A stretch of DNA of 42,633 nt. It comes from Enoplolaimus lenunculus (lineage: Eukaryota). Of this stretch, positions 42,559 to 42,633 are shown piece by piece. The stretch spans positions 372,001 through 414,633 of the forward strand of contig JASANG010000621.1 of NCBI GenBank assembly GCA_030248215.1, in the 5' to 3' direction. A program made the translations under genes and the position numbers. Below the pieces are notes generated by a model. It was given only the letters and a program-made list of their open reading frames with translations, was not told where the DNA came from and made no database searches. Each line of letters opens with the position of its first letter. Within the stretch, counting starts at the first letter, position 1.

Positions 42559-42633
42559 AAAACAGTTATTTTTTGTGTATTTTTTCAGTTGAATATATTC
42601 TTCACAAGACCCGTAGTCAGATTTGTAGTTGAA

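Overview
AT-rich eukaryotic, non-vertebrate-looking genomic DNA. An ascidian or other invertebrate deuterostome is my guess, not a demonstrated fact. Two convergent spliced genes can be read by hand. (1) On the + strand, a 12-exon gene (22076-38694, about 593 aa, all intron phases compatible) encodes a signal peptide, a complete zona pellucida (ZP-N + ZP-C) module, one transmembrane helix and a Ser-rich tail ending TETSSL. Its ZP module looks most like betaglycan/endoglin (TGF-beta type III co-receptors), but the large N-terminal orphan region appears to be missing. (2) On the - strand are the last two exons (42322-42185, 41327-40598) of an unidentified gene with a long low-complexity C-terminus. 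The rest is dense with non-autonomous transposons: GG..CC MITEs with 8-bp TSDs carrying TTAGGC telomere-like repeats (Merlin-like), TTAA-flanked MITEs carrying a tRNA-derived Pol III cassette (piggyBac-like), hAT-like, CACTG/CMC-like and PIF-like MITEs, a Foldback-like element, a nested trio of Helentron/DINE-type elements, and 9-, 12- and 18-bp minisatellites. Most ORFs in the supplied track are repeat-derived artefacts. All family assignments come from visual motif recognition only; no database search was run.
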